Source: Mobula birostris (taxonomy: Eukaryota). Taken from it: 64,000 nt of DNA. The stretch covers positions 101,076,699 through 101,140,698 of the forward strand of contig NC_092382.1 in the NCBI RefSeq assembly GCF_030028105.1, read 5' to 3'. The position numbers and the translations under genes were made by a program. Below the pieces are notes generated by a model. That model ran no database searches, was not told the DNA's origin, and saw only the letters and a list, made by a program, of their open reading frames with translations. Shown one piece after another: positions 63,500 through 64,000 of this stretch. Numbering within the stretch: the first letter of the stretch is position 1; each line of letters begins with the position of its first letter.

Positions 63500-64000
63500 G
63501 GGCGCACTGAAGAATCACATGACAGTGTTCAGTCACAGTGTTCCGGTCTCAAGCACTTGGTTTGACTCTGTGACTCAGAAGGGAAGTGGTCGTTGAGCGG
63601 TGTCTCTGTGTGTGTGAAGTGGAGGGGGCAGTGGGGAGTGGTGACAGGCCGGGTGAAAGTCACGGTGTTGTGATAGGATATTCGTCAGTGGTGCTGACAG
63701 GTGGTTCTGTCGGCGACAACGTCAGGGATACCTCGGATCGAGTCCTCAGTATTCTTAACTGGGAGTGTGAAAAGCTGGAAATGGTGGCCCATTGAGTTAC
63801 CAATAACATGGGTACGATGGGTGACGAAGTTCTGCACTGGCTGTTCCAGGAGTTAAGAGCTAAATTAAGAGTCAGGACCTCCAGGATTTGCTGCCCGTCT
63901 AACGTGCTTTTGAGGCGGAAACTAGGAAGGTTATACAGATTAATATGTTGTGAAAGATTCGCTTTTATATCCCAGTCCTCTGGAAATGGATGCTAACATT
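63500..64000 (+). mobile_element. CR1 ORF1 esterase-like fragment, paralogous to ~46640-47130
   Basis: Encodes VVIGYS...GDNVRDTSDRVLSILNWECEKLEMVAH. Confidence 0.65.

Noticed and set aside
13320-64000. Possible D, J or C segments, or further V genes
   Set aside because: The isolated CACAGTG hits I checked (~21027, ~26826, ~48540, ~54325, ~63528) and GGTTTTTGC at 2511 have no partner motif at 12 or 23 bp. I saw no FGxG J motif or Ig C1 exon. This was a visual scan, not an exhaustive one.

Overview
Eukaryotic (vertebrate) genomic DNA, most likely from a cartilaginous fish such as a ray. The species guess is an inference from the CR1, V-SINE and Penelope repeat types and the GPCR family. The window has two gene neighbourhoods in a dense matrix of decayed transposons. 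(1) 1-13.3 kb: three T-cell-receptor beta V segments on the + strand, resembling mammalian TRBV30 (QTI-Q...CTV-G...WYRQ...LFYS...A-RP...F-LSS...CAWS), each followed by a 22/23-bp-spacer recombination signal (RSS). V1 is partial and divergent, V2 is complete, V3 is frameshifted, and a 2.4-kb tandem duplication left an orphan leader exon. No D, J or C segment was found. (2) 14.8-64 kb: a tandem array of three intact two-exon GPR139-like class A GPCR genes on the - strand (365, 364 and 368 aa once spliced), plus an inverted remnant of a fourth. The paralogues are conserved on the cytoplasmic side and strongly diversified in the extracellular loops. Mobile DNA includes CR1, Rex1/Babar-like and Penelope-like retroelements, V-SINEs, Tc1 transposons, solo LTRs and two Gmr1-like Gypsy elements, one in a three-level nest with both target-site duplications intact. 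The most interesting signal is the diversifying orphan-GPCR array directly on the RSS side of the TCR-beta V genes, possibly inside the rearranging locus. No rRNA, tRNA gene or CRISPR array was found. Most short ORFs in the track are transposon debris. Repeat boundaries are approximate unless termini or target-site duplications are cited.
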